From the NCBI GenBank assembly GCA_044345405.1, contig JBIJBE010000001.1, forward strand, positions 32,001 to 96,000: a stretch of 64,000 nt of DNA. Reading direction: 5' to 3'. The DNA comes from Bdellovibrionota bacterium (GTDB lineage: Bacteria > Bdellovibrionota_C > UBA2361 > OMII01). Below, one piece after another: positions 11,039 to 20,550 of the stretch (within the stretch, counting starts at the first letter, position 1; the number at the start of each line of letters is the position of its first letter). The notes under the pieces are model-generated. The model was given only the letters and a program-made list of their open reading frames with translations. It was not told where the DNA came from and made no database searches. The position numbers and the translations under genes are program-made.

Positions 11039-12529
11039 ATGCGCGCGCGGCGTAAGGTTTGGTGGAGTATGCTCGGTGTCCTCGCCGCGCTCGCCGTGTC
11101 CTCGGTACAACCGGGGCTCGCGGAGGAGTCGAGCGATGTGAAGGGGAGCAGTAAGGGGTCTAAGAGCGTCACGGGGCAGGTGCTCTCGCTCGACGATGTC
11201 ATCGCCGCTACCCTCGAACGCCATCCAGCGCTCAACGCGGAGAAGCAGGAGCGGGTGTCGGCTGACGCGGATGTCCTCTCCGCTGAGGGCGCGTTCGATC
11301 CGAGCCTCAAGGGGGACGCTCTCTCCTACGTCACGGGCGGATATTCCGGAAACTACGGTTCGGCGTATGTGGAGCAGCCACTCAAATTTTACGGAAGTAA
11401 GGTAGTTGGTGGATATCGAATCGGCGATGGAACCTTTCCCATTTATGATAACTGGTACGAGACCAATTCCGGTGGAGAGGTGGGCGTCGGTGTTGAGGTT
11501 CCGCTTCTTCGGGATGGCCCGATCGATCGGAGACGAGCTCAAATCGGAAGGGCGGAATCTGGTCAGGTGATCGCGGACTCGCTGATTGAGCAGCGAAAGA
11601 TTGAGCTCGCTCGCGCGGCCGCGCTAACCTACTGGGATTGGACCGCCGCTCGAAACAAGGTCAAGGTGTTTCGGCGATTGCTTACGGTCGCTGAGGAGCG
11701 TGATCGTCAGATTGCGGAACGGGTGGCGAAAGGGGACCTGCCGGACTTCGATCGAGTGGATAATCAACGGGCGGTGTTGCAACGTCGCTCGCAACTTCTC
11801 ACCGCGGAGCGCGCGGTAAAAGCGGCCGAGTTCTCGCTTTCCCTCTTCTACCGTAACTACGCGGCGGAGCCGCAGAGCGTTGAGCGGTTCCAATCATTGG
11901 ACCGAATCCCCGTTCCCCTGTTTGCGCCCGTACATCATCCCGAAGACCCCGTCGCTGCAGCCGCGGAGGCCCGACCGGAATTTAAAAATATCAAGGCGCA
12001 GAGCGAGCAGAACAAGATCGAGTTGGAGCTTGCTCGGAATCAGGTCTTGCCCCGCTTAGACCTCCGGGTCTTCTCGTATAATGATTATGGAACTGGGGAT
12101 CCCAAGCTCGAGGATCCTGAGGTGAAGGCGGGACTTCGGATCGAGATTCCACTCGCGACCCGAACCCAGAAGGGACGGATCGATTACTACGAATCTCGTC
12201 AGAAGAAGCTGCAGTTCACTGAGACCTTCCTTCGCGAGCGGATACGAGCTGACGTTCAGGACGCGCTCAACGCTTTGGATATCGCGCGAAGTAAGGTCGA
12301 GGTCGCCGCCGCGGAGGTGAAGGCGTCGGACGACCTGGCGCGTGGCGAGCTGAAGAGATTTAATCTGGGCGATAGTAACCTCATCTTTGTGAATTTGCGG
12401 GAGCAGAACGCGGCTGACGCCGAGGTGCGTGAAATCGAGGCGCTGCAGGATTATCAGAAAGCGTTCGTGACCTTTGAGGCGATCCTGGCTCGTATTCAGG
12501 ATGTGAAAGGACAAAAGCAAGCCAAATAG
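11039..12529 (+). CDS. TolC-family outer membrane efflux protein
   Basis: Signal peptide, AEGAFDP, VEVPLLR, NQVLPRLDL, RFNLGDSNL repeats. Confidence 0.88.
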   Translation: MRARRKVWWSMLGVLAALAVSSVQPGLAEESSDVKGSSKGSKSVTGQVLSLDDVIAATLERHPALNAEKQERVSADADVLSAEGAFDPSLKGDALSYVTGGYSGNYGSAYVEQPLKFYGSKVVGGYRIGDGTFPIYDNWYETNSGGEVGVGVEVPLLRDGPIDRRRAQIGRAESGQVIADSLIEQRKIELARAAALTYWDWTAARNKVKVFRRLLTVAEERDRQIAERVAKGDLPDFDRVDNQRAVLQRRSQLLTAERAVKAAEFSLSLFYRNYAAEPQSVERFQSLDRIPVPLFAPVHHPEDPVAAAAEARPEFKNIKAQSEQNKIELELARNQVLPRLDLRVFSYNDYGTGDPKLEDPEVKAGLRIEIPLATRTQKGRIDYYESRQKKLQFTETFLRERIRADVQDALNALDIARSKVEVAAAEVKASDDLARGELKRFNLGDSNLIFVNLREQNAADAEVREIEALQDYQKAFVTFEAILARIQDVKGQKQAK

Positions 12530-12838
12530 AACGGAAGGGAGCGATGAGATTGCGCTTGATGATCCACGGTCGTCTTGTGCCGTGAATTGGCCGGGGCGGG
12601 GGAGTGATGGTGGATGTGCCCCCGGTCCGATCGCTAGATAGTCCGAAACTCTCGTAGCGGGGTCTCTCAAGCATCTCTCTCATTTTCGGAATGTGCGCCG
12701 CGACATGGAGGTAGCCATATTTGAGGTCTAGGAAGCCCTATGCCCCTGCTTTCATGATAGAAAGAGAATTTTCCGGATGGGTAACATCGGGAGGCAGGCT
12801 CCGTTGAGTGGAAAAAACGTATGGTGGCTCATTTTTAC

Positions 12839-12867
12839 TTGTACCGGTTGTTGAGGTCGTCTATCCT
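12839..12867 (+). promoter_or_regulatory. Candidate sigma70 promoter of dksA
   Basis: TTGTAC-N17-TATCCT about 145 nt upstream of the start. Confidence 0.45.
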
Positions 12868-13012
12868 TCAGGATTACAAAAAATGTAACCCCCGTCCCAG
12901 GTTAGGGTCGGAGGTTCGTCGGAGTGACTGAGAGGATTTTCCCCTCGATCCGAGCACGCAGGTTTCAGTCGCTTGTATTTATCGCGGTAGGTCGTGCGCA
13001 GAAGGTGATGGT

Positions 13013-13429
13013 ATGAAAAAGAAAGATCTTGATACCTTGAAGAAGATCCTCGAAGACGAGAAGAAGCGTATCTTCCACCACCTTCAAGAGATTAGCGAAA
13101 CATCCGTAGCTGACCTTGAAACCCCGTCAGGAGATTCTGTCGACCTTGCGTCCCTTGAGATCAACCAAAACTCTCTCGCTAAGATCGGAAAGCGTGAACA
13201 GAATCACTTGAAGAAGATCGATGCCGCCCTTAAGAAGATGGAGGATGGAACGTTCGGAGAGTGCGAGAGTTGCGGGGAGCAGATCGCAGTGGCTCGCCTC
13301 ATGGCTCGTCCGGTAGCTCAACTCTGTATCGATTGTAAGACCGAGCAGGAGAACGAGGAGCGGAGGTACTCTGACCGCGCTGGTGATTCCGAGAACGACG
13401 GATTCCCAGAGGAGGGAGAGGAGTTGTAG
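13013..13429 (+). CDS. dksA: DksA/TraR C4 zinc-finger protein
   Basis: DSVDLA (DxxDxA) coiled-coil tip; CESC...CIDC. Confidence 0.9.
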   Translation: MKKKDLDTLKKILEDEKKRIFHHLQEISETSVADLETPSGDSVDLASLEINQNSLAKIGKREQNHLKKIDAALKKMEDGTFGECESCGEQIAVARLMARPVAQLCIDCKTEQENEERRYSDRAGDSENDGFPEEGEEL

Positions 13430-13439
13430 TTCCTCGATG

Positions 13440-13468
13440 AAAGGGCGCCTGGGGCGCCCTTTTTTATT
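13440..13468 (+). terminator. Intrinsic terminator
   Basis: AAAGGGCGCC-TGG-GGCGCCCTTT followed by T run. Confidence 0.85.
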
Positions 13469-13596
13469 CCGCATGAACCCGCGGTTGGGAGGGCGGTCAT
13501 TCCTGACCGCCGTGTCGCGTGCAGCCAAATACGTTTGTGATGCGTAACCTTCCCGGCGACCGAGGACGGTCGCCCTTCCTGTGTGCGCCTTCGGAT

Positions 13597-14436
13597 TTAC
13601 ACCCTTCCCAACTCCCGCATCACCTCCTCAAATACCCGTGGCGCGGCGACGACGATGTTGTCCATGAAGAGATCGTGGGCGTAGTTGGCGGTCTTTTTTT
13701 GTGATTCATGGTCGTAGGGATAGTGACCGACCTTGGCTCCCGCTTCTCGGGCGATCAGGCAACCGGCCGCACCATCCCACGGGCTCAAGCCCTCCTCGTA
13801 AAAGGCATCGAGTCGACCGCAAGCAACCCATGATATGTCTACTGAGGCCGCGCCGATTCGTCGGATATCTCGACAGGTGCGGAGCAGATGAAGAAGTCGG
13901 GCGCAGATGCGGTCGATGTTCACGCGGTCGTACGGAAAACCGGTCGCGATAAGTGCGTCTGAGAGTGTCTGGGTTTCGGTCGCGCGAATCGGCTCGTTGT
14001 CCCGGAACGCGCCGCCACCTTTCGTCGCGGTGAAGAGCTCCCCTTGAAAGGGCGCGAGGACTGCTCCTGCCTGCACAACTCCGTCAAGGGCGTAGGCTAC
14101 AGAGACCCCCACTTGATTGTGACCGTGCGCGTAGTTGGTGGTTCCATCGATCGGATCGATTACCCATGTTGGTCCCGTATTAAATGTCTCGGCAAGCGCG
14201 GCGTCCGATGATTCCTCCGCGAGGATCTTATGACCGGGGAAGTGTCCAAGGATCGTCTCTATGATCGCTTTTTCTGACGCGAGGTCCGCGGTGGTTACGA
14301 GATTTCTCGCCGCTTTTAGGGTTATGTTAACCGACTGGGAGGCTCGTTGGTCGCGGGCGATGGCGCCGCCCCGTTGAGCTGCTTCAATCGCTACCGCGAG
14401 GGCGTCGGCAGGTGAGGGGAGGTGTGGTGAGGTCAT
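13597..14436 (-). CDS. suhB: Inositol monophosphatase family protein
   Basis: LVTTAD, LAEE, WVIDPIDGTTNY, TGFPY, WDGAAG. Confidence 0.9.
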   Translation of the reverse strand: MTSPHLPSPADALAVAIEAAQRGGAIARDQRASQSVNITLKAARNLVTTADLASEKAIIETILGHFPGHKILAEESSDAALAETFNTGPTWVIDPIDGTTNYAHGHNQVGVSVAYALDGVVQAGAVLAPFQGELFTATKGGGAFRDNEPIRATETQTLSDALIATGFPYDRVNIDRICARLLHLLRTCRDIRRIGAASVDISWVACGRLDAFYEEGLSPWDGAAGCLIAREAGAKVGHYPYDHESQKKTANYAHDLFMDNIVVAAPRVFEEVMRELGRV

Positions 14437-14493
14437 GGCAGATTCCAATAGGCCGTTTCTGTTTTGGCTCTCTTCATAGTACTGTACCGAACT

Positions 14494-15483
14494 ATGTCAG
14501 GTAGCTCCTCAATCAGCAAACCTCTCCCGCCCGCTGTGTCGCGAGTCGCTGAGGCGTGGATAGGGCGTGAGGTGACCATCAATGCCCCCTCTAAGTTGAA
14601 TCTACGGCTGAAGGTCGAGGGGCGTCGGGGTGATGGGTATCATCTCTTAAGCATGATTAACTGCTCGACCTCTCGGCAGGACACTCTTCGTGCTGTGTTC
14701 ACCGCTGAAAAGGATTGCCTGGTTACGACAAAGCCAGAAGGCATTATTCCCCCGGGTAAACGAGAGAACCTAGTGACCCTCGCGTTTCGAGCGTTTTGGG
14801 GTGAGTTCGGTTTTGACCCGGTGCCGTTCGGATTTCGGTGTCAGATCAAGAAAAATATTCCTATCGGTGGTGGTCTTGGAGGCGGGAGCGCCGACGCCGC
14901 GGCTATGTTGCGCCACCTCGAGTCGGTTTTTGGACCGGCGCTGAGTGAGACGTTCGATGTGACACCTGAAGGTATCCGGTCCCGAGTCATGCGCGCCGCG
15001 CTCCTCTGCGGGGCAGATGTCCCGTATGCTGTTGAAGGTGGATTGTGTTGGGTGGGCGGGATAGGCGAGGAGGTTGTTTCGCTTCGCGCCCGCGCACTAC
15101 CTCGCACTACTAAGGCCCTCATTATGATTCCGCCGAAGCCCATTCCGACGGCCGCTTTTTATGACCGATTTCGTCGTGAGCGTCCGACGATAGCTACTGC
15201 CCCTGACGAAATCGGCAGAAACTTTATCACCTCCGACTCCGTCGATATCGCCTCCCTTGTGGAGAACGACTTTGAAGCGACGGCGTGCGCAATGGTCCCG
15301 GAGATTGGTGAGGGGCTCGTGGCTGCTCGCGAGGTTTTTCCTCGCGGAACGGCTCTTACCGGTTCCGGATCGGTCTTCTTTAGCCTCGTTTCAGAGGGTG
15401 AGGAACCTCGGGCCTATGAGTTATCGGCTCGATTGCTGGAGCGGGGGATTGAAAGTTACCTATGCTTCCTCATTTTCTCGTAA
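14494..15483 (+). CDS. ispE: 4-diphosphocytidyl-2-C-methyl-D-erythritol kinase
   Basis: APSKLNL, KNIPIGGGLGGGSADAA, GADVP, TGSGS; conserved ispE-tRNA-Gln-prs context. Confidence 0.92.
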   Translation: MSGSSSISKPLPPAVSRVAEAWIGREVTINAPSKLNLRLKVEGRRGDGYHLLSMINCSTSRQDTLRAVFTAEKDCLVTTKPEGIIPPGKRENLVTLAFRAFWGEFGFDPVPFGFRCQIKKNIPIGGGLGGGSADAAAMLRHLESVFGPALSETFDVTPEGIRSRVMRAALLCGADVPYAVEGGLCWVGGIGEEVVSLRARALPRTTKALIMIPPKPIPTAAFYDRFRRERPTIATAPDEIGRNFITSDSVDIASLVENDFEATACAMVPEIGEGLVAAREVFPRGTALTGSGSVFFSLVSEGEEPRAYELSARLLERGIESYLCFLIFS

Positions 15484-15576
15484 GATACCACGCATATAGT
15501 GTCGTGCCGCACTTGCCAAAGTGCGCTACTTGTTTTACTCAACAGGGGCGCATGTGAGGGTGTTCCACCCTCGTAC

Positions 15577-15648
15577 TGCCCGGTAGCCAAGTGGTAAGGC
15601 AGTGGATTTTGATTCCACCATACGCAGGTTCGACCCCTGCCCGGGCAA
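15577..15648 (+). tRNA. tRNA-Gln(TTG), CCA not encoded
   Basis: Acceptor TGCCCGG/CCGGGCA, D-arm GCCAAGTGGTAAGGC, anticodon arm GTGGA-TTTTGAT-TCCAC, T-loop GTTCGAC. Confidence 0.95.
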
Positions 15649-15781
15649 CTTTTCCTCTCTAAAGTGGCGTTGAGGGAGGTGTTGTTCTCAACACGGTCTG
15701 TGCTCCCTACACAACGTATTGAGTAAGCAGTTCAAAAAGGGGCCATTACTCACTGCCATTACTCTCTTCCAAGGAGCTTCC

Positions 15782-16726
15782 GTGTCTGGTCCACTTCTCG
15801 TTTTCAGCGGCCGTTCCAATCCTCTCTTTTCCCAAGCTGTTTGTAAGTCGCTCGAGATAGAGCCCGGTCGCATCGAGACAGTACAGTTCGCTGACGGTGA
15901 GCTGTCAGTAGAGATCGGAGATAACGTGCGCGGTGGCGATGTGTTCGTATTACAGAGCACGTGCAAGCCAGGTAACGATCACCTGATGGAGCTTCTGATC
16001 ATCATCGACGCGCTCAAGCGTTCAAGCGCGGGTCGGATCACCGCGGCGATTCCGTACTACGGCTACTCGCGCCAAGATCGAAAGGTAAAGCCCCGTGTTC
16101 CGATCACCGCGAAATTGATCGCTGATATGCTCACGGCCGCTGGCGCGGATCGAGTTCTCACGATGGATCTCCACGCCGGACAGCTGATGGGATTCTTCGA
16201 TATCCCGGTGGACAATCTCTACGCGTTGCCGACGATGATCCCGTACTTGAAGCAAAAGTTCGGGGTCGAGGACGTTACGATCGTATCGCCTGACGTTGGG
16301 GGACTTGAGCGCGCCCGCTTCGTCGCTACCCGCATGGATAACTCCCCATTCGCGGTTATCGACAAACGTCGCTCCGGCGCGAATCGTGTTGATTCAATGA
16401 CGGTAGTGGGAGAGGTGCAGGGACAGACCTGTATCATCGTTGATGATATCGCGGATACCGGAGGGACCCTTGTGAAGGCCGCTGAGACCCTGATCAAAGC
16501 GGGCGCTAAGCGGGTTGTGGCCGTATGCGTTCACGCGGTTCTGTCGGGTGAATCTCGCGCGAAGCTTCGCGCAAGTCCGATTGAGGAGCTCGTGGTTACC
16601 GATACGATCCCGCACGCGGAGCTCGACGCAACCGATCGAATCTCTGTTATCTCTGTCGCTCCCGTGTTCGCCGAGGCGATTCGACGCATTCACTCGGATG
16701 ACTCGGTGAGTAGCCTCTTTACGTAA
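15782..16726 (+). CDS. prs: Ribose-phosphate pyrophosphokinase
   Basis: FADGE, PYYGYSRQDRK, DLHAGQ, VSPDVGG, VDDIADTGGT; GTG start after AAGGAG. Confidence 0.95.
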   Translation: MSGPLLVFSGRSNPLFSQAVCKSLEIEPGRIETVQFADGELSVEIGDNVRGGDVFVLQSTCKPGNDHLMELLIIIDALKRSSAGRITAAIPYYGYSRQDRKVKPRVPITAKLIADMLTAAGADRVLTMDLHAGQLMGFFDIPVDNLYALPTMIPYLKQKFGVEDVTIVSPDVGGLERARFVATRMDNSPFAVIDKRRSGANRVDSMTVVGEVQGQTCIIVDDIADTGGTLVKAAETLIKAGAKRVVAVCVHAVLSGESRAKLRASPIEELVVTDTIPHAELDATDRISVISVAPVFAEAIRRIHSDDSVSSLFT

Positions 16727-16742
16727 GGATCCTCGGGCGAGG

Positions 16743-16777
16743 AAAAAAGGTGCCGATATATTGTAATCCCTATCGGC
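16743..16777 (-). terminator. Probable terminator between convergent prs and NUDIX genes
   Basis: GCCGATA...TATCGGC stem; T run on the minus strand. Confidence 0.5.
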
Positions 16778-16790
16778 TGGGGAAGAGGTG

Positions 16791-17519
16791 TTAGGTAACC
16801 TGAGCCAGATCCTCGAGGTTGCCAACGAAGCGACCTTGAGATTCGAAGGGGTTCAGTCTGTAAAAGATCTGAATAATCCCGTCCTTCATCCTTGCGAGAT
16901 AGTTGCCGTCATCGACGGGCATATACATCCAGTCGACGAGCTCGTACGGCAAATTGAGGCGCGAAGTCACAGCCACATCCGCAGGTCCGTCGTAGAACGG
17001 GCCCTTCGTGATCGAAAGGCCGTCGTACAACATGATTGCGGTCCGTCCGAAGACCCGCTTCGTCGGATCGGAGTCGTTCTTGAGTCCGACGATGGAGAAT
17101 CCCAACGCCGATCGTTCGTGCACGACCGCGATGTTGAGGGCCTCCTCCGTCGGCTCCGGGACCTCGGCGCCCGCCTCCATGATGTAGGCTTGCGCACAAT
17201 CAACCCGAACGATCTCTCCATCCCTTCGGATGGGGAGCCACAACGCAGCGCCAACGGCGATCGCCGTGGAAGGGTTGGTGCGGATTCCGACCTCCTCGAA
17301 CGCTTCCCTCGAAGCCGTCAGAGTGAGGGTTTCGTAGTCGTCACTGCTCATTCCTCCTCCGGGGAGGTCGAAGAGGTAAGGGGATGAGCCGTTACCGTTT
17401 CGTTGTTTTATGAGTACCCCCATTCCCTCACCGAATCGTTGAGGGAGGATCGCGAAACCCCCGTGGCTTCGTGGCATTCCGTTGAATTCATAACGATACC
17501 CGTACTGTTCGTACCTCAT
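16791..17519 (-). CDS. NUDIX-family hydrolase with C-terminal extension
   Basis: LPGGGMSSDDYETLTLTASREAFEEVGI Nudix box; AAGGAG RBS. Confidence 0.8.
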   Translation of the reverse strand: MRYEQYGYRYEFNGMPRSHGGFAILPQRFGEGMGVLIKQRNGNGSSPYLFDLPGGGMSSDDYETLTLTASREAFEEVGIRTNPSTAIAVGAALWLPIRRDGEIVRVDCAQAYIMEAGAEVPEPTEEALNIAVVHERSALGFSIVGLKNDSDPTKRVFGRTAIMLYDGLSITKGPFYDGPADVAVTSRLNLPYELVDWMYMPVDDGNYLARMKDGIIQIFYRLNPFESQGRFVGNLEDLAQVT

Positions 17520-17916
17520 TGCAAAACCGCTCCTTGAGACCTCCTCGGTCTCCCTGAAGGAATGTGAAAAACCGTAAACACCAGCCGGAAAGTATGGAAA
17601 AAAGTGGGTTTCTAAGCAAAAAGGGATGGGGATTTTCTTCTGGGGTGTTACTTTTGTCGGCCGCTTTGAAGGCGGTGATGGAAGATAGGCTGGAGCATTA
17701 TGTGCAATAGTGCTGTAATTGCAGTGTGTTGCGAGTTTCCGAAGGAGCGGGTGCCATCGCCCTCAGCGTGAACACGAGCGCCCGCCCCGCCACTTTACCC
17801 GAAGTGCCTGTTCTGCTACCTTCCACCGGTGCTTTTGTAAGCTGATAGCTTTTGCAGGCCAAGATTTGTAAAGAGAAAGCTCTCTATTCGAGAGATGTTT
17901 TTGAGGAAGTAACGTC

Positions 17917-18558
17917 GTGGAAAATTTCACAATCGAAGTATCAGAGCGTCCAAGCATCGGTAAGTCTTCTGCAAACCGTTGCCGCAGAGAGGGATTCATC
18001 CCAGCTGTCGCGTACCACAAGGCTGAGAAGCCTCTCGCTGTTCAAGTTCCTCTTAAGGAGTTCACGGCGCTTGCTTCTAAGGCTCGTCGTTCTCAGGTGT
18101 TCACCTTCAAGAGCTCCGTTCCATCTCTCAATGGGAAGGCCGCTATCGTGAAGGAAGTTCAGCAGGATTACCTCAAGGGTCGTGTTATCCACGTTGATTT
18201 CCAAACCCTCAAGGATGATGAGGAGATCACAGTTGATGTACCAGTGAAGCTCGTTGGCGAGGCTCCTGGCGTTAAGAACCAGGGTGGAGTTCTCGCGGTA
18301 GTTACGCACGAAGTTTCCGTAAGCTGCTTGCCGAAGTATATCCCTTCAGCTGTAATGGTTGATATCTCGGCACTTGGACTTGGCCAGTCGATTCACGCTG
18401 ATCAGCTTCAGCTTGGTGAGGGAGTGACCCTCGCTGACGACGCTTCCGAGACGATCGTGAGCGTTGTAGCTACCCGCGCTGAGGAAGAGGCTAAGCCAGC
18501 TGCTGAGGCTGCTCCAGCCGCTGCTCCAGCTGCTGCCGCTAAAGCTCCAGCTAAGTAA
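17917..18558 (+). CDS. rplY: 50S ribosomal protein L25/Ctc
   Basis: GFIPAVAY, HVDF, VPVKLVGEAPGVKNQGG; highly expressed codon bias. Confidence 0.95.
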   Translation: MENFTIEVSERPSIGKSSANRCRREGFIPAVAYHKAEKPLAVQVPLKEFTALASKARRSQVFTFKSSVPSLNGKAAIVKEVQQDYLKGRVIHVDFQTLKDDEEITVDVPVKLVGEAPGVKNQGGVLAVVTHEVSVSCLPKYIPSAVMVDISALGLGQSIHADQLQLGEGVTLADDASETIVSVVATRAEEEAKPAAEAAPAAAPAAAAKAPAK

Positions 18559-18574
18559 TCACTAAGTTCCCATC

Positions 18575-19240
18575 GTGAGCGCCGGATTTCAAACCATCGT
18601 AGGTCTTGGTAATCCCGGCGCTCGTTACGATTCTACCCGACACAATATCGGTTTCGCCGTTGTTGACGCCCTTCGATCGACAACTATCGCCGCTGATGGC
18701 AGTGGTGTTGAGGCTGACTGCCGGGCCAATGCTCGCGCAGGCATATCTGGTAATCTCGCTGGTTCGGGGTGGCTTGAGCGTAACGGATACAGCGAGGGGG
18801 CTCTTCGAGTAGGTGATTGGTCTGGAAGTTTGATTAAGCCTCAGACCTTCATGAACCGGAGTGGTGAGCCCCTCCAGTCCTTCCTTTCATTTAGAAAGAT
18901 TCCTATCGGTGACGTTATCGTTGTTCATGACGAGATCGACCTGCCGTTCGGCGTGGTTCGGGTCAAGTTTGATGGCGGGGAAGGGGGGCATAACGGTCTC
19001 CGGTCGATATCGGAGCGGTGTGGCGGCCGGGGGTACACCCGCGTTCGGGTGGGCGTCGGAAAACCCCCTCCTGGGTCCCCTCTTGCGATGGCTCCGGATG
19101 GTGTGGCTACGTGGGTTTTGGGTCGATTCTCTCAGGAAGAACAGCCTATTGCCGAGGAATTAGTCGGAAAGGCGTGCGGGGCGGTAGTGACGCTGCTGCT
19201 TTCGGGCCTGAAAAAAGCCCAGAATAAATACAACAGTTAG
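18575..19240 (+). CDS. pth: Peptidyl-tRNA hydrolase
   Basis: VGLGNPG, TRHNIGF, KPQTFMNRSG, HDEID, GGHNGLRS. Confidence 0.95.
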   Translation: MSAGFQTIVGLGNPGARYDSTRHNIGFAVVDALRSTTIAADGSGVEADCRANARAGISGNLAGSGWLERNGYSEGALRVGDWSGSLIKPQTFMNRSGEPLQSFLSFRKIPIGDVIVVHDEIDLPFGVVRVKFDGGEGGHNGLRSISERCGGRGYTRVRVGVGKPPPGSPLAMAPDGVATWVLGRFSQEEQPIAEELVGKACGAVVTLLLSGLKKAQNKYNS

Positions 19241-19262
19241 TCTTTTAAGGGGGCTCCGTCAG

Positions 19263-19290
19263 TTGTGTTTTGCCCCCGATCTGATACACT
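19263..19290 (+). promoter_or_regulatory. Candidate sigma70 promoter of rpsF-rplI
   Basis: TTGTGT-N16-TACACT with extended -10 TG. Confidence 0.4.
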
Positions 19291-19447
19291 TCGCCGGCTT
19301 TTAGGGTATTGGTCGATCTCGTGTTGCGACTCTCGTCGCGTTTGTCATGGGTCCCAAAACATGGTCGTTCGCGTCTCGAAGACGGGGGCATGGCTAAAAA
19401 GAAAAGCGATATCGAATAAGATTTAGTTAATGAAATAAAGGTGTTCA

Positions 19448-19831
19448 ATGGAAGCACGCCGGTATGAGTCAGTAGTGGTGTTTAACCCTCGTTTGAGTGA
19501 CTCGCAGATCAAGGATGAAGTGAAGAAGGTTGAGGCCTTGCTCGCGGCTCAAAACGCGAAGGTCTCGACCGTTGATACGTGGGGCAAGAAGGAGGCAGCG
19601 TTCTCTTTCGGCAAGCAGAAGTTTGGCTACTACGTGGTATTCAATTACGAGACAGCTAACCACCAAGCCGCTAACGAGCTTCAGGCTGTTCTTCGAATCA
19701 ATGAGTCTGTTCAGAAGTTCCAGACTCATCTGATCGAGTCGAAGACTCGTAAGTTCAAGGGGAATCCTAAGCGTCTCCAGAATCCTCGCTCTGAGGGTGA
19801 TGATGACTTCGGTATGGATTCATACGATTAG
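19448..19831 (+). CDS. rpsF: 30S ribosomal protein S6
   Basis: RRYESVVVFNP, DTWGKK, GYYV, LRINE; acidic tail. Confidence 0.92.
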   Translation: MEARRYESVVVFNPRLSDSQIKDEVKKVEALLAAQNAKVSTVDTWGKKEAAFSFGKQKFGYYVVFNYETANHQAANELQAVLRINESVQKFQTHLIESKTRKFKGNPKRLQNPRSEGDDDFGMDSYD

Positions 19832-19858
19832 TCGGAACGATTTGTAGTTTGCTGGAAA

Positions 19859-19898
19859 ATTCATAGGAACCAGCCCATATTCATAGGAGCCAGACCAT
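19859..19898. repeat. Tandem 20-bp imperfect direct repeat covering the rplI RBS
   Basis: ATTCATAGGAACCAGCCCAT / ATTCATAGGAGCCAGACCAT, 18 of 20 identical. Confidence 0.8.
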
Positions 19899-20487
19899 GG
19901 AAGTAATTTTGCGAGAAGATTTTCTCCCTCTCGGGTACGTAGGTGACACGGTAAAAGTAAAGCGAGGCTTCGCTCGAAATTTCCTCATCCCTCGTGGTGT
20001 TGCTATTGAGTCGTCATCTCAAAACGAGAGAGCTCTCAAGCACAAGCTCAGCGCCATCGTCGCTAAGCGAGTTAAGAAGAAGGCTGAGGCTGAGGCTTTC
20101 GGAAATACCCTTTCCCAGATCATCGTTGAGTTCACTCTCAAGATGGGAGCTGGTGGAAAGAGCTTTGGAGCTATTACAGCTCGAGACGTTGAGGGTGCTC
20201 TTAAGAATCTTGGGTACGGTGTTGATCGTCGCCAGATCCGCCTCCTTGAGGTAATCAAGACCCCAGGTCAGCACAAGGCTGAGGTTAAGCTTCACTCTGA
20301 GGTTACCGTTCCTCTCCAGATCAAGGTAATCGCAGCTCAGATCGTTGCGCCTCCTGCTGAGGGTGCCGCAAAGGGTAAGGGTAAGAAGGGCGCTAAGAAG
20401 AGATCTGAAGAGGGCGAGGAGGGTGTTGAGGCCGCTTCTGAGTCTGCTACTGATTCTTCGGTGGAGACAACTGAGACCGCTGAGTAG
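19897..20487 (+). CDS. rplI: 50S ribosomal protein L9 with charged C-terminal tail
   Basis: MEVILRE, LGYVGDTVKVKRGFARNFLIP, FGAIT, KLHSEV. Confidence 0.95.
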   Translation: MEVILREDFLPLGYVGDTVKVKRGFARNFLIPRGVAIESSSQNERALKHKLSAIVAKRVKKKAEAEAFGNTLSQIIVEFTLKMGAGGKSFGAITARDVEGALKNLGYGVDRRQIRLLEVIKTPGQHKAEVKLHSEVTVPLQIKVIAAQIVAPPAEGAAKGKGKKGAKKRSEEGEEGVEAASESATDSSVETTETAE

Positions 20488-20509
20488 TCGAGTTTCGGTG
20501 TAGCCGCTC

Positions 20510-20550
20510 AAAGCGCCGCTCTTCTGAAGAAGGAGAGCGGCGCTTTGTGT
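20510..20550 (+). terminator. Intrinsic terminator after rplI
   Basis: AAAGCGCCGCTCT...AGAGCGGCGCTTT followed by GTGTTT. Confidence 0.8.

Noticed and set aside
16752-16759. GCCGATAT as a sigma28 -10 box
   Set aside because: No -35 match, no downstream + strand gene nearby, and it forms one arm of a terminator-like hairpin
15577-17900. tRNA-anchored integrative element
   Set aside because: No integrase and no duplicated tRNA 3' end seen; prs follows the tRNA as usual
19390-19419. Mini-ORF MAKKKSDIE in the rpsF leader, possible leader peptide or S18 remnant
   Set aside because: Too short to support; no S18 motif
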